A stretch of 64,000 bases of DNA from Actinomycetota bacterium (GCA_036265325.1 DATAPH010000088.1:2868-66867); one strand, 5' to 3'. Counted from the stretch's first letter, positions 9,527-19,153 are shown. The notes: generated from the letters alone by a model not told the origin. Made by a program: numbers and translations.

Positions 9527-10499
9527 CCCGGTCCTGAGCATCGACGACCTGCACGTCGAATTCCGCACCGAGGACGGCGTGGTCAAGGCGGTCGACGGCG
9601 TCTCCTACGAGCTGGGCAAGGGCGAGATCATCGCGGTGCTCGGCGAGTCGGGATCGGGCAAGACCGTGCATGCGCGCGCGGTGCTCCGGATCTTGGACAC
9701 GCCGCCCGCACACATCACCGGCGGCCGCGCGATGCTCGGCGATGTCAATCTGTTCGATCTCGACGAAGCCGACATGCGCGAGGTGCGGGGCGCCCGCATC
9801 GCGATGCTGTTCCAGGATCCGCACACCGCGCTCGACCCGGTCTACACGGTGGGCGATCAGATCGTCGAGCTCCTTCGGTTGCGTCGCGGCATCTCGACCA
9901 AGGAGGCCCGGGACCAGGCCCTGGAGCTGCTCGAACGGGTCGGGATCCCGTCGCCCGAGGGTCGCCTCAACGCGTACCCGCATCAGCTTTCCGGCGGCAT
10001 CGCACAGCGCGTGATGGTCGCGATGGCCGTGGCGCTCGACCCCGATGTCTTGCTCGCCGACGAGCCGACGTCGTCGCTCGACGTGACGGTGCAGGCCCAG
10101 GTGCTCGAGCTCCTCGGCTCGCTCGTGAGCGAGACCGAGATGTCGATGGTGCTCATCACTCACAACCTCGCGGTTGCCGTCGGGCTCGCCGACCGCATCG
10201 CGGTGATGTACGCGGGCCAGCTGGTCGAGCTCGGACCCGCGAAAGAGGTCTACGCGAACCCGAAGCATCCGTACACCGCGGCGCTGTTGCGGTCGATCCC
10301 CGATATCGAACGGCGAGACGAACGGTTGCCTGCGATCAAGGGAGCGCCGCCGAACCTCCTGCACCCACCGTCGGGCTGCCCGTTCCACCCGCGGTGCCCG
10401 TACGCGACGGAGATCTGCCTGACGGCGATGCCGCCGCTCGACGAGGTCGGCCCCGAACATGTCACCGCCTGCTATCACTGGGACGAGGTGCAACGATGA
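9513..10499 (+). CDS. ABC transporter ATP-binding protein (DppD/OppD-like)
   Basis: Walker A GESGSGKT, signature LSGGIAQR, and a C-terminal oligopeptide-ABC Cys cluster. Confidence 0.85.
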   Translation: MAMSDPVLSIDDLHVEFRTEDGVVKAVDGVSYELGKGEIIAVLGESGSGKTVHARAVLRILDTPPAHITGGRAMLGDVNLFDLDEADMREVRGARIAMLFQDPHTALDPVYTVGDQIVELLRLRRGISTKEARDQALELLERVGIPSPEGRLNAYPHQLSGGIAQRVMVAMAVALDPDVLLADEPTSSLDVTVQAQVLELLGSLVSETEMSMVLITHNLAVAVGLADRIAVMYAGQLVELGPAKEVYANPKHPYTAALLRSIPDIERRDERLPAIKGAPPNLLHPPSGCPFHPRCPYATEICLTAMPPLDEVGPEHVTACYHWDEVQR

Positions 10500-11503
10500 G
10501 CGACCCGCAACCGCTGATCCGCGTCGACAACGTCACGAAGCACTTCCCGCTCAACGACAAGGTGTTCGGGTCCAGCGGCGTGATCCATGCCGTCGACGGC
10601 GTCTCGGTCGACCTGTACCCAGGCGAGGTGCTCGGCGTCGTCGGCGAGTCGGGCTGCGGGAAGTCCACGCTCGCCAACCTGATCATGAAGCTCGAGGAGC
10701 CGACTTCGGGAACGATCGAGTACCGCGGCCGGAACATCGCCACCTTCAAGGACGACGAACTGAAGACCTATCGCCGCGAGGTTCAGATGGTCTTCCAGGA
10801 CACGTTCGGCTCGCTCGACCCTCGGATGACGATCACCGACGTCCTGACCGAGCCATTCACTATCCACCGTGAGGTCCTGCCGAAGGACGCGTGGCCCGAC
10901 AAGGTACGTGCACTGCTAAAGCTGGTCGGCCTCGACCCGGACCACGCCAACCGCTACCCGCACCAGTTCTCCGGCGGCCAGCGACAGCGGATCAACATCG
11001 CGCGTGCCCTCGCGCTGGATCCCAAAGTGCTCGTCTGTGACGAGCCGGTCTCCGCGCTCGACGTCTCGGTGCAAGCGCAGGTCGTGAACCTGCTGAAAGA
11101 CCTCCAGGACGAGTTCGGGCTTTCGTACATCTTCGTGGCCCACGACCTCTCGGTGGTGCGTCAGATCGCCGATCGCGTCGCGGTGATGTACCTCGGCCAG
11201 GTGCAGGAGATCGGCGACGAGGCCGACGTCCTGCTGCACCCCTCGCACCCGTATACGCAGGCGTTGGTCTCGGCGCTGCCGACCGCGGACGACCAGGGGA
11301 ACACCACCGGCAAGCGCATCGTGCTGTCTGGCGATCTGCCGAGCCCCGCGAACCCGCCGTCGGGCTGCCGGTTCCGCACGCGGTGCTGGATGGCACAGCA
11401 GAAGTGCGCCGACGAAGAGCCCGAGCTGATCGAGCGGGGAACCGGTCGGCCGACGAAGTGCCATTTCGTGACGCCGACGGTCGGCACGCCGGCCGCGGTC
11501 TGA
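10496..11503 (+). CDS. ABC transporter ATP-binding protein (DppF/OppF-like)
   Basis: The ATG at 10496 overlaps the upstream TGA (ATGA). Walker A GESGCGKST and signature FSGGQRQR are present. Confidence 0.85.
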   Translation: MSDPQPLIRVDNVTKHFPLNDKVFGSSGVIHAVDGVSVDLYPGEVLGVVGESGCGKSTLANLIMKLEEPTSGTIEYRGRNIATFKDDELKTYRREVQMVFQDTFGSLDPRMTITDVLTEPFTIHREVLPKDAWPDKVRALLKLVGLDPDHANRYPHQFSGGQRQRINIARALALDPKVLVCDEPVSALDVSVQAQVVNLLKDLQDEFGLSYIFVAHDLSVVRQIADRVAVMYLGQVQEIGDEADVLLHPSHPYTQALVSALPTADDQGNTTGKRIVLSGDLPSPANPPSGCRFRTRCWMAQQKCADEEPELIERGTGRPTKCHFVTPTVGTPAAV

Positions 11504-11548
11504 GCTCGGCTGTCACACGCAGACGCCCTCGTGGCATGAACCACTGAC

Positions 11549-11575
11549 GGAACCGCCCAGGCGGCGGCGAGCGTC
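11549..11575 (+). promoter_or_regulatory. candidate ECF-sigma-type autoregulatory promoter (GGAAC-N18-CGTC)
   Basis: GGAAC sits at 11549-11553 and CGTC at 11572-11575. Both are immediately upstream of the GTG start of the ECF sigma gene at 11585, which would make the transcript leaderless or near-leaderless. Confidence 0.3.
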
Positions 11576-11584
11576 GGAGGTGGG

Positions 11585-12166
11585 GTGGACGAGCGCAGCG
11601 ACACCGAGCTGCTCCTCGCGTCGCGGGCAGAGCGTGTGGCGTTCGTCGAGCTATACCGCAGGCATGCCGAGGACGTGCTGCGGTACTTCGCCCGGCGGAC
11701 CCTTGACCCCGAAGCCGCGGCCGAACTGACGGCGGAAACTTTCGCCGAGGCGTACGCGTCCAGGCGGAACTACCGAGACACGGGAACGAACGGCGTGGCA
11801 TGGCTCTACGGGATCGCTCGACATCAGCTCGGCCGGTTCTTCCGGACGGGACAGATCGATGCCGCGGCGCGCAAACGGATCGGGATCTCACGTGAGGCGC
11901 TCCCGCCCGACGACTACGAGCGGATCGAGGAGCTGGTGGACCTGGCGCCGATCCGCGAAGCGCTCGTGGAGGCGCTCGAGACGCTCGGTGAGGAGCAACG
12001 CGACGCGCTCAGGCTCCACGTGATCGACGGGCTCGGGTACGCGGAGGTCGCGACGCGTCTCGGCTGCGCAGAGGCGGCGGCGAGGCAACGCGTGAGCCGG
12101 GGGCTTCGCCGGATCGCGCTGGTGCTGCAGGAGCGCGGGCTGAGCCTCGCGACGGAGGTGGAGTAG
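11585..12166 (+). CDS. ECF-family RNA polymerase sigma factor (sigma-70 regions 2 and 4)
   Basis: 193 aa with a GTG start. Region 2 reads ELYRRHAEDVLRYFARR. Region 4 HTH reads LRLHVIDGLGYAEVATRLGCAEAAARQRVSRGLRRI. Confidence 0.8.
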   Translation: MDERSDTELLLASRAERVAFVELYRRHAEDVLRYFARRTLDPEAAAELTAETFAEAYASRRNYRDTGTNGVAWLYGIARHQLGRFFRTGQIDAAARKRIGISREALPPDDYERIEELVDLAPIREALVEALETLGEEQRDALRLHVIDGLGYAEVATRLGCAEAAARQRVSRGLRRIALVLQERGLSLATEVE

Positions 12167-13270
12167 GTGGACACCGAGATCGAGTTCCTGCGTCGGTTCG
12201 AAGGTGAGCTCACGATGCGCGCGCAGGCGGACGCAGGCCGCGCGTCGGCTCCGAAGCCGAAACAGAGGGACCCGCACAGGTGGCGGCCCTGGATCGCGGC
12301 GGCCGCCAGCCTGCTCGCCCTCGCCGCGCTGATCGGTCTCCTTGCGGGCGGCATCTCGAACAACGCCAGCGAGTTCGCCTCGGTGGGGTCGGCCGTCGGT
12401 GCCCCCGGGTTCAACGATCAGACCTCGGGCAACCAGCTGGGCCTCAACCCCGGCACGAACGCACATCCTCCAGCGAACGAGGCTGTCCCAGGTCCCCCCG
12501 CGGCGGATGGGGGCACCGCCGGCGCCCCGTCGGCCTCACCGGCTCCCGACCTCCAGCAGACCCACGCCGGCACCTCGGCGTCGGAGCAGACCGATCTCTC
12601 GAAGATCATCCGTGACGGGCAGATCGCTGTCACGATCGACACGGGCACGTTCAAGGCGAAGGCCGGCTCGGTCGCACACATCGCTGCCGTCAACGGGGGC
12701 TCGATCCTCTCGTCGTCGACCGAAGGTGGGGACAGCGGTTCGTTCACGATCCGCGTTCCTGCCGCCAACTTCGACAGGGCGACGGTCCAACTGGCACAGC
12801 TCGGGAGCGTTGACTCGTCCGCGAGCCAGGGACAGGACGTCACCGCGCAGTACATCGATCTGAAGGCGCACATGAAGATCTACCTGTCGCGCCGCAAGGT
12901 GCTCTTCGGGCTGATGGACAAGGCGACGACGATCGGGCAGTCGCTCACGCTGCAGAACCAACTCGACCAGGTGCAGCTGAAGATCGACCAGATCACCGGG
13001 CAGATCAACTACATCAACAACCAGGTGGCGGAGTCGACGATCAAGGTCGACCTGCACGAGCCGGGCGCTGCCGCCGCCCAGAGCCCCGACACGGTCGACA
13101 ACCCGAGTCTCGGGCACGCGTGGGACCGTGCGGTGCAAGGCCTCCTGAACGTGATCGCCGCGACGCTGATCGGCCTGGGCTACCTCATCCCGCTGCTCAT
13201 CATCGCCGGCATCGTCTTCGTCATCGTTCGGCTGGCGCGCAGGCGCCGCATGCCCGTCGAAAACGTCTAA
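12167..13270 (+). CDS. putative anti-sigma factor / DUF4349-like membrane protein
   Basis: The GTG start follows the sigma gene's stop codon with no gap. It has an N-terminal cytoplasmic segment, a TM helix (WIAAAASLLALAALIGLLAG), a periplasmic domain with a coiled-coil-like region, and a C-terminal TM anchor ending in RRRR. This architecture fits DUF4349. Confidence 0.55.
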   Translation: MDTEIEFLRRFEGELTMRAQADAGRASAPKPKQRDPHRWRPWIAAAASLLALAALIGLLAGGISNNASEFASVGSAVGAPGFNDQTSGNQLGLNPGTNAHPPANEAVPGPPAADGGTAGAPSASPAPDLQQTHAGTSASEQTDLSKIIRDGQIAVTIDTGTFKAKAGSVAHIAAVNGGSILSSSTEGGDSGSFTIRVPAANFDRATVQLAQLGSVDSSASQGQDVTAQYIDLKAHMKIYLSRRKVLFGLMDKATTIGQSLTLQNQLDQVQLKIDQITGQINYINNQVAESTIKVDLHEPGAAAAQSPDTVDNPSLGHAWDRAVQGLLNVIAATLIGLGYLIPLLIIAGIVFVIVRLARRRRMPVENV

Positions 13271-13833
13271 GGGGGCGGTGCGTCCGATGCGCGCAGCCAG
13301 CCGAGGGCACGTGACCGTTCCGCACTGATCGACGCGAGCGTGCTGTCGGCGCCCTCCGCGCCTTCCGTCGCGCCGAACCAGGTGTCCGCCTCACGCCATG
13401 CCGCTTCGATCTCGCCCGGATCACGCAACCGTGCGGTCGCACGGAACACCGAGACCGATCCCGGCGACTCGATCGCCGCGTTCAGATCCTCGACGGCGAA
13501 CTCGCGATCGATCGGAGGCATCGTGTCGAGCATGCGAAGCGCCCACAGCAGCACACCGAGCCCCTCCTTGCGCCACATCCCGTCGGCGATCGCCTCGGGC
13601 GGCCAGGCGGCGGTCGGCGCGTCGAAGAGCGTGCGTTCGATCTCGGTCAGCGCATTGGTGAGCGACTCGCGCTCGAACCACGCTTCGGTCTCAAGGCGGG
13701 CGCCCTCGGCCTGTCGCCGGCGCATCTGGTCGCGCGTTTCGGCGACGATCAGCTCGATGGAGGCGCGCCGGACCATCGCGTACAGCACGAGGGCCCGGTC
13801 GGCGACGTCCCGCGCCGACGGGCGCTCGCTCAC
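13267..13833 (-). CDS. hypothetical protein
   Basis: 188-aa ORF with coding-like composition and no domain I recognise. It is convergent with the anti-sigma gene and sits directly downstream of recR. Confidence 0.45.
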   Translation of the reverse strand: MSERPSARDVADRALVLYAMVRRASIELIVAETRDQMRRRQAEGARLETEAWFERESLTNALTEIERTLFDAPTAAWPPEAIADGMWRKEGLGVLLWALRMLDTMPPIDREFAVEDLNAAIESPGSVSVFRATARLRDPGEIEAAWREADTWFGATEGAEGADSTLASISAERSRALGWLRASDAPPP

Positions 13834-14423
13834 ATCTCTCTCCTGCCTTCGAGGGCCTGGGACAGCGTGATCTCATCGGCGTATTCGAGGTCGCCACCGA
13901 CCGGGAGTCCGCTCGCCAGCCGCGTGACGCGCACACCGAGCGGCTTCACCAACGCCGCGACGTACATCGCGGTGGCGTTCCCCTCGAGGTTCGGGTTGGT
14001 CGCGAGGATGCACTCCGTCACGTGGTCGCGCTCGACGCGCTCGAGTAGTTCCTGGACGCGAAGGTCCTCCGGACCGATGCCGTCGAGCGGGCTGATCGCG
14101 CCGCCGAGGATGTGATACCGGCCCTTGTGCAGCGCGCTCTTCTCGATCGACGCCGCGTCCTTCGGTTCCTCGACGATGCACAAGACGGTGCGGTCGCGGC
14201 TCTCGTCGCGGCAGATCCGGCAGAGGTCGCCCTCGGCCACGTTGCCGCACTCGCGGCAGAACACGATCCGCCGCTTGGCTTGGACGATCGAATCGGCGAG
14301 CCGCTCGGCGTCGTCGGCGGGGGCCTTGATGAGCCAGAACGCCAGCCGCTGCGCGGACTTCGGGCCGATGCCCGGCAGCCGCGACAGCTCGTCGATCAGC
14401 GCCTGGATGGGGCCTTCGTACAC
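13830..14423 (-). CDS. recR: recombination protein RecR
   Basis: 197 aa with the HhH motif LPGIGPKSAQRLAF, the C4 zinc finger CRECGNVAEGDLCRIC, and a Toprim domain. Confidence 0.9.
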   Translation of the reverse strand: MYEGPIQALIDELSRLPGIGPKSAQRLAFWLIKAPADDAERLADSIVQAKRRIVFCRECGNVAEGDLCRICRDESRDRTVLCIVEEPKDAASIEKSALHKGRYHILGGAISPLDGIGPEDLRVQELLERVERDHVTECILATNPNLEGNATAMYVAALVKPLGVRVTRLASGLPVGGDLEYADEITLSQALEGRREM

Positions 14424-14424
14424 G

Positions 14425-16200
14425 TCAGGCCTTCTCGTCCGTCACCGGCTGGGCGCCGAGCATCTCCTGGACCCGCCGAAGCGCCTCCGCGTCGTCGCCC
14501 GGCGCGTCGTCCTCCTCGACCGGCTCCACGTGGGTGCCGTCGTCGCCGGAACGGGACTCTCGCACCACGCACGAGATCTCCGGCGAGATGCCGAAGAGCT
14601 CCTGCAGCACCTCCTGGAAGGCGGCCTGCCGGCTCTCGACCTGTTTGACCGTGTTCTTGAAGGTCGGCGGGAACGCGATCTCGAGGGTGGTGCCGTCGTA
14701 GGCGGTCGGCGTCGCGCTTTCCATCAGCGCCCGGAGCACGGCCTGCTTGCGCTGGCCGAGGTGCTGGATCACCGAGCCCCACGACCGGCGAAGCATCGCG
14801 ACGTCGACGCTCGAAGCGTCGGCGGCGTGGGGGACCGGGAGCTGGGCGCCATCCGCACTCGCGTCGGGAACCGCGACCGGTGTCTCCTCCACGACGGCGA
14901 CCGTGTCGGCGGCCGGCTTCGGTGACTCCGTCTTCTTCGAGGGTGCCTTCGGCTTCGGCGCGGGCGCGGGAGCGGGCGTTGGAACATCGACCGGCGGCGC
15001 GGCGACCGCGTCCGCGCTCGGTGCGACCGACCCGGCCGAGACGTTCGCGAGGCGCTCAAGCCGCTCGAGCCTGGCGACAACGCCGGCCGGCGTGGGATCC
15101 GTCTCGGGTGCGCACGCGCGCACGAGCGCGAGCTCCAGCGTCAGCCGCGGCGACGTCGTCCACCGCATGTCGGTCTGGGCCGCGAGCAGCAGTTCGAGCA
15201 CCCGCGAGAGCTCTCCCGGCGTGAACTTGTCCGCCTGCGCACGCAGCGACGCGTACGCGTCGGACGGCACGTCGAGAAGGTCCTCCTGGTCGGGCGCGGT
15301 CTGCACCACGAGCAGGTTGCGGAAATGCGCGAGCAGATCGCCGGTGACGTTGCGCAGGTCGTGTCCGGCCTGGACCAACCGGTCGACCGCCTCGAACGCC
15401 CCGCGGAGGTCCCCCACCGCGACCACGTCGGCGACCTCGACCCGGATCTCTCCCTGCGGCACGCCGAGGAGCGACCGCACGACTTCCTCGTCGATACGCT
15501 CGCCGGCGACCACGCTCGCCTGGTCGAGCAGCGACACCGCGTCACGCGCCGATCCCTCGGCCTGCCGTGCGATCGCGAACGCGGCAACCGGATCGAGCTG
15601 CACACCTTCGGAGCCCGCGATCTTCTGCAACAGCTCCGCGAGCCCGTCCATGGTCAACCGGCGGAAGTCGAACCGCTGGCACCGCCCGACGATCGTGGGC
15701 GGCATCTTGTGCGGCTCCGTGGTCGCCAAAACGAACCGGACGCCGGGCGGCGGCTCCTCGAACAGCTTCAGCAGCGCGTCGAACGCCTCGCGCGACAGGC
15801 GCTGCGCCTCGTCGATGATGTAGATCTTCTCGCGGCCGACCATCGGCGCCGTCGGCGCCTTCTCACGAAGGTCTCGGGCGTCATCCACGCCGCCGTGCGA
15901 CGCAGCGTCGATCTCGACGACGTCGACATGTCCGCCGTCGCGGATAGCGATACATTGCGCGCACTCGCCGCACGGCTCGGCGGTCGGCCCGTGCTCGCAG
16001 TTGACCATCTTGGCCAGGATCCGGGCGGTGGACGTCTTGCCCGTCCCGCGAGGCCCGCAGAACAGGAACGCATGATGCAGCCGTCCCTCGCGCACCGCAC
16101 CCGTCAGGGCACGGACGACGTGCTCTTGGCCCATAAGGTCGGAGGGCGTCTGCGGCCGGTAGCGCCGGTAGAGCGCTTGGTGCTGCGTGTCCTCAGCCAC
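14425..16200 (-). CDS. dnaX: DNA polymerase III subunit gamma/tau
   Basis: AAA+ motifs are present (YRPQT, FCGPRGTGKTSTARILA, the zinc module CGECAQC, and IYIIDEAQ). The likely start is the GTG at 16200 (VAEDTQHQALYRRYRPQ). The track's longer ORF, reaching 16248, may over-extend. The gene abuts recR with no ybaB between them. Confidence 0.85.
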   Translation of the reverse strand: MAEDTQHQALYRRYRPQTPSDLMGQEHVVRALTGAVREGRLHHAFLFCGPRGTGKTSTARILAKMVNCEHGPTAEPCGECAQCIAIRDGGHVDVVEIDAASHGGVDDARDLREKAPTAPMVGREKIYIIDEAQRLSREAFDALLKLFEEPPPGVRFVLATTEPHKMPPTIVGRCQRFDFRRLTMDGLAELLQKIAGSEGVQLDPVAAFAIARQAEGSARDAVSLLDQASVVAGERIDEEVVRSLLGVPQGEIRVEVADVVAVGDLRGAFEAVDRLVQAGHDLRNVTGDLLAHFRNLLVVQTAPDQEDLLDVPSDAYASLRAQADKFTPGELSRVLELLLAAQTDMRWTTSPRLTLELALVRACAPETDPTPAGVVARLERLERLANVSAGSVAPSADAVAAPPVDVPTPAPAPAPKPKAPSKKTESPKPAADTVAVVEETPVAVPDASADGAQLPVPHAADASSVDVAMLRRSWGSVIQHLGQRKQAVLRALMESATPTAYDGTTLEIAFPPTFKNTVKQVESRQAAFQEVLQELFGISPEISCVVRESRSGDDGTHVEPVEEDDAPGDDAEALRRVQEMLGAQPVTDEKA

Positions 16201-16270
16201 TCCAACCCCCTCGACAACGATGAATGGCCGTGCACCCGCCATCGACACCGAAAGACTCGATCGCTACTCC

Positions 16271-16395
16271 GCGCGGCAAGCTCCGGCCAGGCGAACCTAC
16301 GGCACCCGCCGGAAACCGCTTAGGGCTGCTGCGTTCCCGCCCTGACCCGGTTCGCGGTCCGACGTCGCGTAGGACCCGACCATCAACGCCCCGCG
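16271..16395 (-). ncRNA. ffs: signal recognition particle RNA (small/4.5S type)
   Basis: The minus-strand sequence GGUCAGGGCGGGAACGCAGCAGCCCUAAG...GUGCCGUAGGUUCGCCUGGCCGG aligns with the E. coli 4.5S domain IV GGUCAGGUCCGGAAGGAAGCAGCCAAGG...GUGCCGGGAUGUAGCUGGCAGG. It has a GGAA tetraloop closed by GCG/CGC, and the flanks can pair into a long hairpin. It sits upstream of dnaX in the widely conserved ffs-dnaX arrangement. The ends are approximate. Confidence 0.65.
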
Positions 16396-16551
16396 CAGAG
16401 GCTGCCTCGGACCTCACGGGCCTCCGACGGGGATTCAGCCCCGCATGAAGCGGATCTCGGGTACAGGGCACCGCTAGCTCCCCGCCTAGCACGGCCGCAG
16501 CCGAGTATACGGGTGGCCGAAGACACGTCTTCGGGGTGTGGATGCCGCTGG

Positions 16552-16737
16552 TCAGCGGTCGCGGGGGTGCGACGTCGCGAGGGCGATCGCGCCCGCGGCG
16601 GCCGCGCAGATGATCGCGCAGCCGAGGACGAAGGGGAGCCCTTCGATCAGCAACCACCCGGTCGCGATCACCAGGATGCCGAGCACAGCCATCCCCACCG
16701 GGAGACGCGTGCGTTCTGTGAGCGATCTGACGGTCAT
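16552..16737 (-). CDS. small hypothetical membrane protein (61 aa)
   Basis: In-frame ATG at 16737 within the ORF 16552..16998. It has two hydrophobic helices and high GC3. No homology is recognised. Confidence 0.3.
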   Translation of the reverse strand: MTVRSLTERTRLPVGMAVLGILVIATGWLLIEGLPFVLGCAIICAAAAGAIALATSHPRDR

Positions 16738-16901
16738 GGCAGGACCTCCTGCGCAGGGGAAGCGCCGTCTGTCGAGGCATCGACCGGGCCGCCACCATCC
16801 TTGACCGGGAACCGCATGTGACCGGGAACCGCATGTACCCGGCCGGCGTCGTACCTGGACCAGATGCCCTCCTCCCCAGGGTACCCAACCGGAAGGACAC
16901 C

Positions 16902-17549
16902 ATGCACCGGCCGATCCGCATCGTCCTCGCGACCCTCGCAGCAGTCGCCGCACTCCTGATCGCCGCAGCCGTGAGCTCTTCCGCCGCAACGCCTCCACCC
17001 GCCGCCGACCAAACGCCCTCGACCCCCCGCATCGCCACGTGCGTGATCACCCATCCGGATTGCAACGACATGGCCTTCGGTGCCGGCGGGGAGGTGCCAG
17101 GCTCATCTGGATCGGGCGATGGCACGGCACCGCAGACCGGCGCTCCGTCACCCACGTGCGGGCCGTCCACCCAGGGAACGGTCTCTGGACCTGACGCCAC
17201 CGTCGCGACCCTGCCGTGCATCCCCGGCCCTGAGCGCCGGCCGCAGCCCCTCATCGTCGTTCCGCGCGCCGGGATGGCGAACGTCCGGCCGATCGCATTC
17301 ACCTCCGCGACGCCCGGACTCGACGACCGAGCGGTCGAGGTCCGGTTCTGGAGCGGCATCGAACCGTGCTCGGTCCTGGACCACGTCGACGTCGCCTACG
17401 GAACCGACACCGTCACCATCACACTGTTCGAGGGCTCGGACCCGAGTGCGGGGATGGTCGCGTGCCCCGACATCGCGCAGCAGAAGCAGGTGAGCGTGCC
17501 GCTCGACCAAGACCTCGCCGGGCGGCGCATCGTCGACGGCGCCGCGTAG
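16902..17549 (+). CDS. secreted hypothetical protein (Cys-containing, Pro/Thr-rich linker)
   Basis: The ATG at 16902 follows GGAAGGA. The N-terminus is a signal peptide (MHRPIRIVLATLAAVAALLIAAAVSSSAA). No known domain is recognised. Confidence 0.5.
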   Translation: MHRPIRIVLATLAAVAALLIAAAVSSSAATPPPAADQTPSTPRIATCVITHPDCNDMAFGAGGEVPGSSGSGDGTAPQTGAPSPTCGPSTQGTVSGPDATVATLPCIPGPERRPQPLIVVPRAGMANVRPIAFTSATPGLDDRAVEVRFWSGIEPCSVLDHVDVAYGTDTVTITLFEGSDPSAGMVACPDIAQQKQVSVPLDQDLAGRRIVDGAA

Positions 17550-17578
17550 TCCCGAGAGGGCTTCGGTAGCCTCGGGCT

Positions 17579-18256
17579 GTGGCCCTTGTCCGCTCGGTCC
17601 TAGTCGACTTCGACGGCACGGCGTGCACCCACGACGTGGCCGAACATCTGATGGATCGCTTCGGCGAGCCCGAGTGGCGCGACTGGGACGAGCGGTGGGT
17701 TCGCGGAGAGGTCGATACACGTGCGGCGATCCGCGGCCAGGTCGCGCCGTTCGCAGCCCGCGAAGAGGAGCTGATCGCGTACGCGGTCGAACACTGCCCG
17801 CTCGACCCGACGTTCCCCGCGTTCGTCGGCTGGTGCGCGGACTCCGACGTGGCAACCACGATCGTTTCGGACGGGCTCGGCCTCTACATCGAACCCATCC
17901 TCGCCGCGGCTGGCGTCCACGGCGTTCCGATCATCACTAACGACTGGGCCGGCAGCGCGCTTGCGTTCCCCAACGGCCACCCCCAATGCGATTGGTGCGG
18001 GACGTGCAAGATGCTCGCGGTCCAGCGGGCGGACGCGCCCGTTGCCTTCGTCGGTGAGGGCCATTCCGACCGCTACGGCGCGCTGTACGCCGACGTCGTG
18101 TTCGCGAAGGACGCGCTCGTCGATCTGTGCCGCGACGACGGCATCCCGTTCGTTCCGTACGAGACGTTCGACGATGTGCGCGCGGCGCTCGAGATGCTCC
18201 AGACGCTGCCCGGTGCAGTCTCCCCCGAGCGCTGCCCGGGTTGGCACACCGCATGA
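17579..18256 (+). CDS. HAD-IB family phosphatase (MtnX / 2-hydroxy-3-keto-5-methylthiopentenyl-1-phosphate phosphatase-like)
   Basis: It has the N-terminal HAD motif VLVDFDGT, a MtnX-like core, and a C-terminal Cys cluster CDWCGTC. Confidence 0.65.
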   Translation: MALVRSVLVDFDGTACTHDVAEHLMDRFGEPEWRDWDERWVRGEVDTRAAIRGQVAPFAAREEELIAYAVEHCPLDPTFPAFVGWCADSDVATTIVSDGLGLYIEPILAAAGVHGVPIITNDWAGSALAFPNGHPQCDWCGTCKMLAVQRADAPVAFVGEGHSDRYGALYADVVFAKDALVDLCRDDGIPFVPYETFDDVRAALEMLQTLPGAVSPERCPGWHTA

Positions 18257-19146
18257 TCGTCCCTGCAGGGCTATCCGCACGGCCGCTCACGCTCGACGAC
18301 GTCGACGACACCATCGCGATGGTCAACACGTGTGAGCTCGTCGATAGCGGCGAGTTGATGTGGGAACGCGCCGACCTGCTCTCGGACATCTCGGTCGACG
18401 CGTTCGACGCCGACAGGCACTGGCTGGGCGTCTTCGATGGAGATCGCATCGTCGCGTGGGCGTTCTTGCAAGGCCCGCGCAGACTTTGGATCGACGTCGC
18501 GCCCGATGTGCGCGGACGCGGGATCGGCACGGCCCTTCGCCGGTGGGCGATCGCTCGTGCTCGCGAGCGAGGGAACGATCGCGTGGGTCAAACGATCGAG
18601 GACGGTCGCGCCGACGTCGCGACGGCGCTCAGGCTGGCGGGCTTCACGCCGCGACACACGTCATGGATCCTCCAGATGGATCACCCGACGGCGCCGCCCC
18701 CGGTACCGACGCCCAGGGGCATCGAGGTCCGGGCGATCCGCATGCCCGACGAGGAGGATCAGACGCTCGAGATGTTCGAGACGGCGTTCTCGGAGTTCGC
18801 CGACCGGCTCCCCGCGCCGCTCGATGACTGGCGCGCGAGCGTCACCCAGCGCGAAGGGTTCCTGCCCGACGACTTGGTCGTCGCGGTCGACGGCAGCCGC
18901 GTCGTCGGCGGAGCGTTCCTGATCGACAGCGACGAGATCTGGATCGACAAGCTTGCCGTCGCCGCGACGCACCGGCATCGCGGCATCGCACGCGCGCTGT
19001 TGGGCACCGCGTTCCTACGTTCGTTCGAGCGCGGCTACGAGCACACGTCGCTCTCAACCGACTCGCGCACGGGCGCGCTCATCCTCTACGAACGCGTTGG
19101 CATGAACGTCACGCGATCGTTCACCAACTGGGCGATCGATCTCTAA
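18253..19146 (+). CDS. GNAT family acetyltransferase with tandem GNAT domains (MshD-like architecture)
   Basis: The ATG at 18253 overlaps the upstream TGA. There are two GNAT-like halves, each with an RGRGIGTAL / HRHRGIARALL type motif. Confidence 0.65.
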   Translation: MIVPAGLSARPLTLDDVDDTIAMVNTCELVDSGELMWERADLLSDISVDAFDADRHWLGVFDGDRIVAWAFLQGPRRLWIDVAPDVRGRGIGTALRRWAIARARERGNDRVGQTIEDGRADVATALRLAGFTPRHTSWILQMDHPTAPPPVPTPRGIEVRAIRMPDEEDQTLEMFETAFSEFADRLPAPLDDWRASVTQREGFLPDDLVVAVDGSRVVGGAFLIDSDEIWIDKLAVAATHRHRGIARALLGTAFLRSFERGYEHTSLSTDSRTGALILYERVGMNVTRSFTNWAIDL

Positions 19147-19153
19147 CGCGCTC

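Noticed and set aside
16193-17359. 388-aa minus-strand ORF covering the SRP RNA locus and the secreted-protein gene.
   Set aside because: It overlaps the convincingly folded SRP RNA and a plus-strand gene that has a signal peptide and an RBS. It has junk-like composition.
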